Positions 1 to 12,437 of a stretch of DNA of 56,640 nucleotides are shown here, one piece after another. Below the pieces are notes generated by a model, which was given only the letters and a program-made list of their open reading frames with translations, did not search any database and was not told the DNA's origin. The DNA comes from Phoronis australis. Lineage: Eukaryota; Animalia; Phoronida. The DNA lies in the NCBI GenBank assembly GCA_002633005.1, contig NMRA01000365.1:137771-194410 (forward strand), in the 5' to 3' direction. How positions within the stretch are numbered: position 1 is the stretch's first letter; each line of letters starts with the position of its first letter. A program made the translations under genes and the position numbers.

Positions 1-411
1 GCAAAATTTGTGCCTCAATGACTAAAACATTGACTAATGGTGTAAAATACAGCTTGTTTGCATAATACACCAGAAATACGTTATAGTACAAAAACAATAT
101 AGGTGAATGATCTCTGTGAATGTGCACAAAGACTGTATGAAAATAATAGATTATTCTGACAGCGTTTATCAAGCAGTATGAGACAAATACATGACAATGA
201 TCAAAGTATGTACTTTCTATGACTTAATCAACAAATAAAATTAACTTTTTAATACAAAAAAGGAAATAACGGAGATACAGCATTGGACACTAGCTGGATG
301 CCAGCAGTAGACTTGCACCAAAGTAAAGATTCAATGAAGACATTATTGTAAAAGATTGTATATGAACTAGCTGCCGTCGTGGAAGTGTGATTGCCTCGTA
401 CATTTTCTTAC

Positions 412-565
412 CTTTCAGCAGAGTTGGTTCTGACTGTTTGTATGCAACATGTGATTTCTCTGTCTCAGTTTCGTTTCTTTTGCCTCGTTGTTGCCTGTTG
501 GAGGCCAAACACTTCAGCCTTGCTTCAAATGCCTCACTTTCAGCAACTTTCTCCGAAATGAGGCC
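412..565 (-). CDS. TDRKH: TDRKH coding exon 5 (end of KH2 and linker); gene continues past the window start
   Basis: TGTAG| acceptor; GLISEKVAESEAFEARLKCLASNRQQRGK..., parallel to human HLILEKVSEDEELRKR; AAG|GTAAGA donor; 154 nt, phase 0 to 1. Confidence 0.88.
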
Positions 566-594
566 CTACATGAGTATGAAATATACACGTGTAT

Positions 595-672
595 TTTATA
601 TACATAGATACACATACATATACATAGTATTACACACATACACACATACAAATATATATATATATATATATT
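595..672. repeat. Compound (CA/TA)n microsatellite
   Basis: tacacatacata... ending in a (TA)n run. Confidence 0.8.
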
Positions 673-712
673 TTATATTCAATGTGATCCAATGTCCAAC
701 GGCACAAACATA

Positions 713-2159
713 CCGTATTCGCCGTAATAACCGCCCAAGGCGCTTATTATAACCCAAGGCCGTTGAAACCCGGTCTCCGAAACGGGTGAAATCAGAAGCT
801 AAGATTCATCATATTTACGCTCTGTAACGTATTTGTAATCTATGAAAGACTTTCTACAAAACCGTGGTGCATTGCTACCAAACTTTGCTGCTAAATTACG
901 ATCATTTTACAGAAAATTGTGCTGAAATCCCAGGGCGAAAACTCGCCGACTGCCTGACTCGCAATCGCTGATATGGCGACTTGAATGCTTGAATAAAAAT
1001 ACAGTTTCAACTCAAGCAAATTACCTGAAATCCTCCTTAAGTTTTCCAAGTAGCGTCCCTAAGATTTCTAAGTTCCCATGGAGTTGGAATCACGGTAGGT
1101 TTAAATACAATCTGTGCTCGTACATCGTGCCATCTACATGTATGATCGGCAACATGAGAAAAATGTCTGGACGAACACACATGTTGTCACGTAACGTTTG
1201 ATTTGAAGTTGTCTGCGTTTGTGAGAAAGTGAGCGCGTGCGTGTCACCAGAGTTCTTTTGGCCAGAGCCACGCAATCTAGCGAGCTAGATGTGCATTGTA
1301 TCTAAAGAAATTTGCACAAGCAGTAGGCCTAAACCAGAGCGTGTTTCATTCAGCACTTGCCGGTCTCATGTGCTAAAAATGTTCGACATTTGTCTCTGTA
1401 AAGCCATATTAGTCGTCGTGGGGATGGATGCGGCGAACGTGACTATCTGACAGTTATTTTTCGGTGTAAGGGTGTGTAAGCATTCACTGTCAGTGGTCAC
1501 TTTATCGGATATTTGGCTTAAAAACACCAATTATGGTTAATCAAACAATTCATCTTAAAAATAACGCAAACATTTTTATAGTATTAGAAATTGTCGGAAA
1601 TTAGTGCCAATATTCATTTCTTATCGATGCTACGCTACCCGTTTCATGAATGGATAGTTCCCGACTAATGTCTTTGATGACAGGTTCATGGATGTAGCAC
1701 GCGCTTCCTGGCCACATGCGTTTAACACTGGCCAAGCTTTTTATTAGACTTACAAAGAAATTTGGATTCCTGTTGAAAGCGGGAAATATCTACAAAGCAA
1801 TCCCGTAGACAAGTACACTACTTCTGTTCTGAAAGGCCAGACCATTGATCCTCGCAATATCAGCAGAACTTTTGTGTTCATTTGAGGCATGGCGGAAGTT
1901 TGAAGTATATAGTCACGGCTAAATACCGACATAGCGGCGAAGCTCGTGGTCTACAAATTCTGCGCACAATGATTTTTTTCAGGACTGTCGGATATTATTG
2001 ATAAATTGAAGACGTAACTAACTGTAGAATTTTAGGACAGTAGGTAAGGCATTTTTTGCATGTACACGTTGATGGACTGGGTGTTTATTTTAGCAAAGTC
2101 TGAAAACGTGCGGGGGGGGGCGCTTATAGGGGCATGAGCGGTTATTACGGCGAGTATGG
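713..2159. mobile_element. Non-autonomous Tc1/mariner (Tc2/pogo-like) DNA transposon, copy A
   Basis: TA|CCGTATTCGCCGTAATAACCGCCC ... GCGGTTATTACGGCGAGTATGG|TA TIRs with TA TSD; a second similar copy at 29113-33242. Confidence 0.88.
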
Positions 2160-3651
2160 TAATACAAAAATTAGCCATACTACAACCCAGGTACATGCTA
2201 TGCAAAGGTCTTTTACAATTATTCAAAATCTTGTCTTCTGCTTTTAACATCTGTTTGTTTAGAAAATGGAAAAATAAATCCAGGTTAGACATTTGGTCTA
2301 TGAGTAGAAATTAAAAGACTCAAACCTACAACCAACTCCGTTAATGACAAAAGAACATTCAGATCACAGAAATACAAACATACAACCATATTATAAACCA
2401 ACATACAATCAAATGTTTGAATGCTTTCTTTGAGAAGCAGGCTCTGACATGGGAGATAATGAAGAAACAACTGATGACTTGCGCATGGACACTATCTAAA
2501 TAAAAACATTAGAAAGTACAACCTAAAACCAAAATAATGCATTAACAATAAAAATCCCAGAAACAGTCTGGATGCCCTCACTATGTTGTTTAATGCAAAT
2601 ATTTGGGATGTTTAAAGCATTTTACAAACAAATTAAGTAAAATCAAAAACTACTCCAACGAAGCCCATCAAACAAATTTCCTTGACATTTTCAATTTCAA
2701 CATATGAATTGAAAACAATCAGCAACTGAATTGAAACACACCAACTGATCAAAGGCACCAAATTTAGAGTGTTTTTGCTAAATTTCAGTTTCTAGTTTAA
2801 GTTTGTATTCCAAATCACTCTAAAATTTGACTACACAGCACCCATAACGGAAAGGGAAATCTCAGTTATTAAGTTCTAAAACAAATAAATTCCCTACTCA
2901 ACTCACCATCATCAATCTACGAGTAATCAAAACGCATTCAAAAATTTTCAGTCTCGAATTTTTTTACTCAATTCAATTATAAGTGGGTGCAATAGATAGC
3001 TTTTTTAGCTGTGATTTCATTTCAAAATTTACTTGGGCAAAATGAGTTAAAAAATATTTCAAACAGACGAGTGTACTTGATACAGTGTGCACCCTCAAAT
3101 TATAAAGTGTATCAATTACACTCAACTGTTTTTTACACTTCTATCTCGCGTTCACATGACAACTGTCCAAAGGTTGTATATTAACAATCTTTAAGCACAT
3201 GTTGATTGCGCAAGTTTGAGTATTATTATTAGGGATGCTCAAAATAGATTTCAGCAATATTTATAATAAAAATACTCAAAACTGGGATCAATGTCATGAA
3301 TGTAACATTGACGACCAATGAATGGATGATCTTGCAGGGGTTAAAGGGTGTCTAATGTTCTAAACTAAAAAATGCCATGAAATGTTTCATTAAATTCGTC
3401 ACGTATAACTTTTTGAAAGTGTAATTGGTGCAATATGTCATAAGAGGTGGTGCCTGTTACTAAAATTGCAGAATATTCCAATTATACTCATCTGATTAAT
3501 ATACTTTTATCGTTAATAATTTCACAATTCTGCCTGAAGCAGTTTAGAATCTATGATTAAAATGTTTTGATGTCACCAATTTTGTGCAAGTCCCGAAAAT
3601 AAACATTTTTAATGAAAAGTAAATAGTTCACGAAAACAACAACGGATTTAA

Positions 3652-3699
3652 AACTTGACATGTTTCGGTGTCATTTATTAAACACCATCCTCAGAAGTC
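3652..3699 (-). ncRNA. Minimal type I hammerhead ribozyme, inverted copy
   Basis: Reverse complement of 4706-4753 within the inverted pLTR. Confidence 0.8.
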
Positions 3700-4316
3700 A
3701 TAGTACAGTGGCCACCTAGCTAGGCCCAGCAACAAGTAATGAAGCACAGATACAGTCAGTTACAGGGAGTGACAATGAACTATACCAACAATGACAACCT
3801 GTGGTGTGTCAGTTGCCTATTGAGATTGGGCTTGCACCAACTGATATGTAAAGCCTCACGAATTTTAAGCTCCTTTGTTGTTACTGCCTGGTCTATTATT
3901 ACAAAGTCATTGAAAGAGCACTGCTGATAATGTACACTTGTTTTCATAGCTTCACATCCTTTGTTTATAAAGTAGGTCTCATTAAAACACTAATAGGGTA
4001 TATCGCATTTACAACACTTGGGCTAGATTTTATTCTAATATCAAAGAACTTACAACGAATTTGCAAAAGAATGGCTATCCCCTAGAATTAGTCAATAGGG
4101 TACTGAAAGCAAGACTCCAACGTAACCCTGATGATGTTCATCCTGTAGACAAAACTAACTACAAGTACTTTAAAATACCTATTGTTGGGTTTTACGCCAA
4201 AATTGCTCAACGAAAACTCAACATTTGGTGAATGATTACTGTGTGAACTTAAGAGTTGTATTAACATTCAAGTCTCTAAAACTGTCAAGTTTATTTAACC
4301 TAAGGACAAAATTTCT

Positions 4317-4625
4317 ATGGGTCTACGGTCCAAGGCAGTATACAAATTTATCTGTACTGGATGTGGCTCCAGTTATATAGGCGAAACTGTTCGCCATTTG
4401 AAAACCAGGACCAAGGAACATATAAATTCTGACAGTAATTCACATGTAAATATTCACCTGCAGAGCTCCAATCATTATCAGCAGTGCTCTTTCAATGACT
4501 TTGCAATAATAGACCAGGCAGTAACAACAAAGGAGCTTAAAATTCCTGAGGCTTTACATATCAGTTGGTGCAAGCCCAATCTCAATAGGCAACTGGCGCA
4601 CCACAGGTTGTCATTGTTGGTCTAG
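4317..4625 (+). pseudogene. Penelope GIY-YIG endonuclease C-terminal fragment
   Basis: AVYKFICTGCGSSYIGETVRHLKTRTKEH...EALHISWCKPNLNRQ; upstream RT-thumb remnants (KNGYPL) are frameshifted. Confidence 0.88.
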
Positions 4626-4705
4626 TTCATTGTCACTCCCTGTAACTGACTGTATCTGTGCTTCATTACTTGTTGCTGGGCCTAGCTAGGTGGCCACTGT
4701 ATTAT

Positions 4706-4753
4706 GACTTCTGAGGATGGTGTTTAATAAATGACACCGAAACATGTCAAGTT
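4706..4753 (+). ncRNA. Minimal type I hammerhead ribozyme (PLE-associated)
   Basis: GACTT-CTGAGGA-TGGTGT(loop)ACACC-GAAA-CATG-TC-AAGTT: core boxes, stems I and II, palindromic ACATGT stem III; predicted cut after GUC at 4748. Confidence 0.8.
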
Positions 4754-5374
4754 TTAAATCCGTTGTTGTTTTCGTGAACATATGCTGTTACTTGCTATCA
4801 TGGAGAAAAGTAAATAGTGCAAGTCAACCATCAAAATTAAAGTAAAAAATGTGATATAATTGTGTTAACTATTTATATCATCTTGGTTATGAGACGGAGT
4901 AACCAAAGTGTTCTAAAATTATCTATTGACAATTAAGCATCGCACTTAAGTGTTGAAACATTAAACCGTTTTGTACAACAAATAATTTTTATGAACTGTA
5001 GCTAAATGCCAAAATTTTTCTCAAAATTCATTATACTTTTTTGGTATGAAAAACCCATTTCACAAAATGTACTGTTTATGCCATGTACCATTTGTACTGT
5101 AACACGGCACAACTGAAAAAATCTCACACGGAACATGCAAATGTCGCCACATGTGAGAATGCTATTTGTCACATGGAACGTGGGTTTTTGAACGTTAATT
5201 ACAGCTAATTAAAAACTTATTTTGCCAAAGTAAATACTGAAATGAAATCTCAACTAAAAAGGTATCTGCTATACCCACTTTCAATTAAATTGAGCAAAAA
5301 AATTTTGAGACTGTGAAAATCTCATATTATTTTGGAATGTGTTTGAACTAAGCATGATCGAATTACATGTACAA

Positions 5375-6304
5375 AACATCATCGATCTGTGTGCTCTCAC
5401 TTTAGCATCATCAATCTACGTGTACTCACCTTGGCATCATCAATCAATGTATACTCACCCTAGCATCATCAATCTACAAGTACTCATCTTAGCATCATCA
5501 ATCTGCGTATACTTGCTTTGGCATCATCAATCTACGTGTGCTCACCTTAGCATCATCAATCTACGTGTACTCACCTTGGCATCATCAATCTACGTGTACT
5601 CATCTTAGCATCATCAATCTACGAGTACTCATCTTAGCATCATCAATCTGCGTATACTTGCTTTGGCATCATCAATCTACGTGTGCTCACCTTAGCATTA
5701 TCAAATTACATGTTCTCACTTTAACATCATCAACCAGAGTGTACTCACCCTAGCATCATCAATCTACCAGTGCAACATAAATCTGCGTGTACTCACCTCG
5801 GCATCATCAATCTGCGTGTGCTCACCTTAGTATCATAAATCAGCGTAAACTCACCCTAGCATCATTGATCTGTATGTATTCACTCAAACATAATCAATCT
5901 GCGTGTACTCGCCCTAACATCATCGATCTGTGTGTACTCGCCCTAACATCATCGATCTGTGTGTACTCGCCCTAACATCATCAATCTGCGTGTACTCGCC
6001 CTAACATCATCAATCTGCGTGTACTCGCCCTAACATCATCAATCTGCGTGTACTCGCCCTAACATCATTAATCTGCGTGCGCTCACCCTAGCATCATCAA
6101 TCTGTGTGTACTCGCCTTAACATCATCAATCTTCGTGTACTCGCCCTAACATCATCAATCTGCGTGTACTTGCCCTAACATCATCAATCTGCGTGTACTC
6201 GCTCTAACATCATCAATCTGCGTGCACTCACCCTAGCATCATCAATCTGTGTGTACTCACCTTAGCATCATCACTCTGTGTGTACTCACCTTAGCATTAT
6301 CAAT
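5375..6304. repeat. 29-bp minisatellite (about 32 copies) spanning the TDRKH exon 4 donor
   Basis: Minus-strand unit approximates ATTGATGATGCTAAG|GTGAGTACACGCAG; the first unit is the real exon end. The 29-aa periodicity of local ORFs agrees with a 29-bp unit. Confidence 0.93.
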
Positions 6305-6423
6305 TTGCTCAGGTGTTCCCTTTACAGTGACCAACACTTGTTCTTCGTAGTTAGATGAGCGATTCACATTAATCTTGGCTTGAGACACAGAGCTGAGATA
6401 GCGAATGGTGTCACCCTTATTAC
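6290..6423 (-). CDS. TDRKH: TDRKH coding exon 4 (KH2)
   Basis: TTCAG| acceptor; GNKGDTIRYLSSVSQAKINVNRSSNYEEQVLVTVKGTPEQIDNAK; AAG|GTGAGT donor; 134 nt, phase 1 to 0. Confidence 0.93.
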
Positions 6424-6826
6424 CTGAACACAAAAAGTTCTTATTCTTGATCTATTTCAAACTGCTAAAGAACACATTCAGGCTACCCAAACAACGCAGT
6501 CTGCCACCATGTTTTTTTGGTTGGTGAGCAGGTTTTGAGTTGAACTGAGTGTATTGGTTCCCTGTAGAAACACTTTACGCAACTAGGCATGCTAGTCGGG
6601 AAGATTAGAAAATCAACATGTACATTAGACCACCAACATGTACATTTCTTAATAGATGAAGAAAAATAAAAGCCTGAGACAATTGAACTCAACTAAAAAA
6701 ACTAAGCAGTCATGTGACACGTATTGCATAAATTTTTTTAAAAAATCACCCCATGTGATTGGACAACTTTTGAGCCAAGTATCCAGCAAACTTAGGTGGT
6801 CTTGGACTCACACATATAAAACCCAC

Positions 6827-7022
6827 CAATGATGCGGCCCACTGATGATTTGGGAATGTACATCTGGACTTCCATAATATCTTCTCCATAAGCCACAAGT
6901 TTTCGAATTAAACGCTCGGCGTCAGCAGCTGATTGATGATCGCCTCTGATCACACAAGTGCGCTCATCTTCATTACGTTGCGCGTTGTCAAAGTTAATTC
7001 TTGCACCTGTCTGGTCTTGCAC
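6827..7022 (-). CDS. TDRKH: TDRKH coding exon 3 (end of KH1, start of KH2)
   Basis: ATAG| acceptor; VQDQTGARINFD...ERTCVIRG...VQMYIPKSSVGRII; G|GTGGGT donor; 196 nt, phase 0 to 1. Confidence 0.94.
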
Positions 7023-7475
7023 CTATATTTTGTAAAAATTCAATTCAAAGCTGTTGATTAGGAAACAGCATTAAAATTTTACTTCATGGTTAAGAGTACA
7101 GTTGTATCCAACACAGGAAATACAAACTGTAACGTCAAAATGGGCTACACAGTGAGTGAAAAGATTTCAGCAACCAAGAAAAACCTACTGCCATGTGAAA
7201 TTTTCCAACCGATCAAAATCCTACGTCAAAGAGAGTTTATGTTTTAGCAGTTGCATACGGTCCAATAGCATGGAACCTAATTTTGTTTCAAGCACTCGCA
7301 AACACTCTTGACTTTGGAGTAGCCGTATCTATATGTTTAGTTATTTCAGGCTCGTTCCGTCTACATGAAGCTTACTCAAGTCTCTACGTTTACTAATTTT
7401 TTATGCCTTTTCTGCTCTCCACGATTATTTGGTTCAGCTGAAACTCAGAGCAACTTTGTTACACAAAAACTTTGC

Positions 7476-7549
7476 TGGTGACACCAGGATTTGAACACTG
7501 GCTGCATGATTAAGAGTACTCAGTCCAGGCTTCTAGACCACAAGACACT
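7476..7549 (-). pseudogene. Degenerate tRNA-derived sequence
   Basis: A-box-like GTGGTCTAG, loop CTCTTAA, T arm GTTCAAATCCTGG, downstream T5; stems poorly paired. Confidence 0.4.
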
Positions 7550-7559
7550 CACTTAAAAC

Positions 7560-8090
7560 GAGAGCGCTTGGAGGAGCGACCTTTGGCGAAATTAACCGAA
7601 CAGAAGACGATGGGGGAGGACGACGATGATCATGACAATGAAGGCGGCAATTATGAACAACATGATAACATTCATGTGACTAGCGAAGAAATCAGAAAGA
7701 AATAGGCTGCAGTCTTGTTCAATAGCCGGTAAAGTGAAAATAGTGCGAGAGCACTCGGAGGAGCGACCCTTGGCGAAATTAACCGAAAAGAAGACGATTG
7801 GGAGGACGACGGCGACGATAATGACGATGAAGGCGGCGATTATGAACAACACGATAACATTCCTGTGACAAGCGAAGAAATCAGTAAGAAATAGGCTGCA
7901 GTCTTGTTCAATAGCCGGTAAAGTGACAACAGTGCGAAAGCGCTCGGAAGAGCAACACTTGGCAAAAGTAAGCGAAAAGATGACAATGGGGAGGACGACG
8001 ATGATGACGGCGATTATTAACAACGCGATAACATTCATGTGACTAGCAAAGAAATTGCGAAGAAATAGGTTGCAGTCTTGTTCAATAGAA
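7560..8090. repeat. About 190-bp tandem repeat (3 copies) with GAY-rich core
   Basis: Recurrent GGAGGAGCGACC..GGCGAAATTAACCGAA and GCAGTCTTGTTCAATAG blocks. Confidence 0.85.
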
Positions 8091-8159
8091 GCTAAACCAA
8101 TATCAATGCAGCAAGAGCGCTCAACAGCACTATCAGAAAATCTCGAATAATTCAAAAAG

Positions 8160-8935
8160 TAGATGTCCTAGCGAAAAATGAAAAATATCATCTGAAAGCC
8201 CGTTCAAAACTCTATCCAAATTGATAGTATCGCACAATTCTGCAAATTTTTCGAAAAATTAAAATTTTGGGGTTTTTTGAAATTCAACGTCAAATAACTC
8301 GAAAACGGTAAGTCTGAGAAAAAAGTTGTTAGAGGTAATTTGAAAGGGTATACATCAGAGAATCCACATGCAAAAAAATCACGTCATTTTCTCTTCCCGT
8401 TTAAAATGGCACTCCAGCACGACTGAAACTGGATCAACATGCACCAGATCCGCCATCTTGAAAGCAACTTCCGGTTTTTTAGCTCTGTATAATAGCATGT
8501 CAAAAGAAACTAATACCTATAAAATGTCGAAGCAATTGGTCCTATAATGCGCCCCCTACAGGAGAAAACGTTTTTTCCCGAAATCGAGGTGTGCATGCGC
8601 AAGTGCTGATATTTCTGTCATCTTTGACTGGAGGTTAACAATTTACCGCGCAGTTGTAGTACTTGTGTTGTGTAATTATCATACCAAGTTTCAGCTCTGT
8701 ACATTGAAAAATGCGACCTCTATGAGCATTTGGATCTGAAATCGTAAACAAAATGGCCGCCACGTCCGCCGTTTTGAATACAATCATGACCAAAAACAAT
8801 AGGCTTCCAGGACTTCCAGATCTACACGTCGTGTGCGAATTTCGTGCGAATCGGACAAAAATTGCGACCTGTAGAGTGCGAACAAATAAAAAAAAAAACT
8901 TGACATGCAATAAAAAGATTTTATTCACTAAAAAA
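8160..8935. mobile_element. Non-autonomous repeat, possibly Helentron/DINE-like
   Basis: CpG-rich with motifs typical of such elements (ATACCAAGTTTC, AAAATGGCCGCC, AATCGGAC...CTGTAGAG); ends not defined. Confidence 0.4.
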
Positions 8936-9684
8936 TACAACTGTGCGTTACAAAGGTTAAATAATTAAACTCCTAAGTATGTATTCTCATTAGTATCATC
9001 AAACGTATTGTATGTATCAATGATACCTCGTTGGCCAATGAAAAGTTGTAAGATTGGTGTTGTGAGACTAGTCAGCTAAGTCAGGCATGAGCCATGTCAC
9101 TTGCACGCCATAATAAGAATAAAATGTTTTCACTCAATTTCCTGTTGAACTAACAGGCATTTGGGCTAGCTATGATTGAAAATCATTTGTTTCATTCACC
9201 ATAACTCTTTTAAGATCTTTTTTTAATACCATACTCCATACTCGTCTGGGTTACTGCCCAGGGTGCTTAAACTGGGAATCGAAAAAAAAGAGAGGTGGGT
9301 GGTAAGCTGAGCATGGGCGGTTAAAATCGAAATTTTTTGAAAAGTCGGAAGTGGGTGCTTACTGCACCGAGGACCGATTTTACCCTCAGGGAGCTACAGT
9401 GACGTCGGACTTCAAGCATCAGTTAAAATATACATTGGCAGATTGAAGTAACGGACTTTGACAGCCCGAAGTGGATTAGTGCACATGATACAGTGGCGTC
9501 GTGATCCCGACTGTGATTGGATTTTTATGCACCCCGGTTGCTGCTCGTCATATCTTAGAACTAAGGTATTCCTACAGGCAGTTGGGCAAGTTTCTTGAGA
9601 GTGAAGTAAGATCACGTAAGACTCCGCCAATTCGCCGTGTATTTCTAAGGGATTTTGTAAAGATTTGCTCCCTGCTAGACATTT

Positions 9685-10279
9685 TGGCAACCAAACATGC
9701 TAATGATTGACAGGTCTTCTTAATACTTTGAACCTTGTTTGAACAATATAACGTTTTATATTACATTGTATATTTGTTTCGGAGTTGAACAGCCAACACT
9801 GGTCTTAAACTATCACAGATCACTGAGAGTCTGTAGAAATTTTACAATTGGGTGACCAAATGATAAATTGGGCATCCTTGCCAATGCGTCCAGATTGGTG
9901 CTAAGGTATCCATTTCAACGCCCAATGCGTCCAGATTAGTGCTAGGGTATCCATTTCAACGCCCAATGTGTCCAGATTAGTGCTAGGGTATCCATTTCAA
10001 TGCCCAATGCGTCCAGATTAGTGATAGGGTATCCATTTCAATGCCCAATGTGTTCAGATTAGTGATAGGGTATCCATTTCAACGCCCAATGTGTCCAGAT
10101 TAGTGCTAGGGTATCCATTTCAATGCCCAATGTGTCCAGATAAGTGATAGGGTATCCATTTCAATGCCCAATGTGTCCAGATTAGTGCTAGGGTAGTATC
10201 CATTTCAACGCCCAATGCGTCCAGATTAGTGCCAGGGTATCCATTTCAACGCCCAAGACATACGTTGCAGGAAAGCCTG
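9685..10279. mobile_element. Partial hAT element (same family as 34059-35079) nested in the Tc2-like element
   Basis: Collinear with about 34790-35079 (TGCTAATGATTGACAGGTC ... GAAAGCCTG end). Confidence 0.75.
9880..10256. repeat. 41-bp minisatellite (about 9 copies)
   Basis: Unit GCCCAATGTGTCCAGATTAGTGCTAGGGTATCCATTTCAAT. Confidence 0.92.
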
Positions 10280-11479
10280 CTCCCCACTAGCCACCTAAAA
10301 ACGTCCCAGAATTTGTTCAAAACACGTGCTCAACAATCGGACGATACTACTACTAGGCATGGGGGTGCTCGGTCAGCTACGAAAATAGTGAAGCAAAAAC
10401 ACGTCATGTAAAAAGTCATCAGTTAAATCAAGAGTTCAAAAAAACACAAGTTTTTGACCACGTGGATGCGGGCAGAATGTTTAACATGCACTTAATGACA
10501 AGTTGATTTTTTGCGCTGTTGCTTTTGGTTGAGTGCTTCCATTTTGGTGTCAAGATTGAAAGTCATTAAAAACATGCGTTTAACCAAGACAGGGCACAAC
10601 GAGATAAGTTGCTTGTCACAATGGCTAATGTCTGCTTGTATTCAAAACAATGCACCAGTTTCTCCTTTTACTCTGCCGTACGTGGTTACCATCACCATAG
10701 ACATGACTGGGTACCAATTGTAGGTGAATTGTTGAAGTGAGACATTGACCCTGACAACGTATATGATTCATATGCGGTTTTCGTCCAGAATAACGTTGGC
10801 AGTTTCCAATATTGTTGGTCATGTACCAGCCGAGTGTGCTAGTGTTTTTTCTTATTTCATTGCTCAGGGTGTAATGTAATGGGAATCTCAAAAAGGTAGA
10901 CCACGGACTTGAAAATCCTGTCAAGGACCGCTTTGTTGCCTCTTCCACGGCAATGAAATACATTCGACAAGCGCTGTCTCAATAATTAGCACATGCTGAC
11001 ACGAGTTCCGTGCGTGAGCCAAAGGAAACAATTGTGTCTCCTTCAGTGTGAGAATACAGGTATTTTACCGCCACAGTAAGGTAAGGTCCTTATTCCGCTA
11101 AAACTGATTGGATATCACTGAAAGGTAAGCCAGTTGTGCATGTTTTGAAATCTTAATTTTGTGTGACGAATGTTCACAGAAGCACAGGCACTTTTAAGGA
11201 AGTCTTGATCATGAAGAATTGGAGGTGGGCAGTAAGCTGAGCAAGGGTGCTCAAAAATGAAAAATTGGAAATTTCGGGGATGGGCGGTAAGCCGAGCATG
11301 GGTGATAAGCAGGACGAGCACGATAAAACAAGCCAACATTCAAAAGCTTACACAATTTTTCTGAGAGGCAAATGGAGTTGAGTGGTTGTTTCTGTGATCT
11401 GATTTTCAACTGTGTTTATATTTACATTTGAATTTAAACTCCAAACTGGCACTTTACGGGCTTTAATGGTGCTAAGTAA

Positions 11480-12010
11480 AACAGAATTTGCTACTTTGCA
11501 CTATTATTCCCATCTACATCATTAGAATTTATGCAAATTTGTAATCAATATTATTATTCCTGTCTACATTATTTCAAAATTTCCACAAATTTGCAGTCTA
11601 TAGCATTATTCTCCAAAATTTGCTGTTTTGCATTATTAGTCCAACTATATCATTATTTGATTTTACCCAAATTTATAATCGATATTAATATTCCAGTCTA
11701 TACTATTTTAAAATTTCCACAAATTTGCAATTCGGTAGCATTATTCCCCACAATTTGCCATTTTGCGCTATTATTCCATCTATATCATTATTAGATTTTA
11801 CGCAAATTTATAATCAATAGTAATATTCCAGTCTATACTACTTTAAAATTTCTAGAAATTTGTGGTCTAACCGTTATTCCCCATAATTTAAAGTTTTGCA
11901 TTATTATTCCCATCTATATCATTTACTTATTATATTTTACACAAATTTGTAATCAATATCATTATTCCAGTCTATACTATCATTAATTTTTTCTCAAATT
12001 TCCGGTAAAT
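11480..12010. repeat. Degenerate AT-rich tandem repeat
   Basis: Recurrent TTATTCC and CAAATTT motifs with a longer period of roughly 120-140 bp. Confidence 0.6.
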
Positions 12011-12207
12011 ACTATTATACTACTTTTCTAGTGGCAAAAATTTCAGATCTATACTATTATTGCTGTCTCTACAACTATCTCAAGAGTGGAGCCCCGTCTC
12101 CAGCCTTTCACCAAAGAGAGTGTAGTTAACCTACAGAGAACCCACACACAGCATGGACTACGGCCTCCGTGTACTGACAAAAATCACGTTGTTGTTACCA
12201 CCCTGAG

Positions 12208-12320
12208 GAGGTAGTCGGGCCTAATGGGATAAGAGTCCACTTCCTTTACTCAAGGTCATTTGTTCGAGACCCACTTAAGCATACTGTTAGACCCTTGACT
12301 CAGGTCTCTAGCTCCTCAGC
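12208..12320 (+). mobile_element. Possible tRNA-derived SINE head
   Basis: A-box-like GGCCTAATGG and B-box-like GTTCGAGAC, followed by CORE-like ACCCTTGACTCAGGTC. Confidence 0.35.
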
Positions 12321-12437
12321 TTAGTTTTAACTATATATTAAAGCCTAAAAATGGTTCCATGCAATCAGTGCAATGGGCCTGCACATGTCTAGTACGTCTA
12401 CCAGACTGCCTGCAAATATTTTTTTACAACCCTGTAC

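Larger units (their letters stand above)
3628..4804 (+). mobile_element. 5'-truncated Penelope-like retroelement with inverted pLTR
   Basis: GIY-YIG endonuclease relic; 3626-3932 is the reverse complement of about 4473-4779; 14-bp TSD GAAAAGTAAATAGT (3614-3627, 4805-4818). Confidence 0.9.
9229..11323. mobile_element. Old Tc2-like DNA transposon
   Basis: TA|CCATACT(C)GTC..GCCCA left end and TGGG..GACGAGCACGA|TA right end; subterminal GGTAAGCTGAGCATGGG motifs at both ends. Confidence 0.6.

Noticed and set aside
387-752. 121-aa plus-strand ORF
   Set aside because: Antisense shadow of TDRKH exon 5 running into a microsatellite.
5339-5975. Repetitive plus-strand ORFs
   Set aside because: Translations of the 29-bp minisatellite, antisense to a TDRKH intron.
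7476-7549. Functional tRNA gene
   Set aside because: Acceptor, D and anticodon stems pair poorly; kept only as a tRNA-derived relic.
7592-8155. 187-aa ORF with three hydrophobic segments (membrane protein)
   Set aside because: Hydrophobicity comes from the reverse complement of GAC/GAT runs in a ~190-bp tandem repeat; non-ATG start and no clear exon boundaries.
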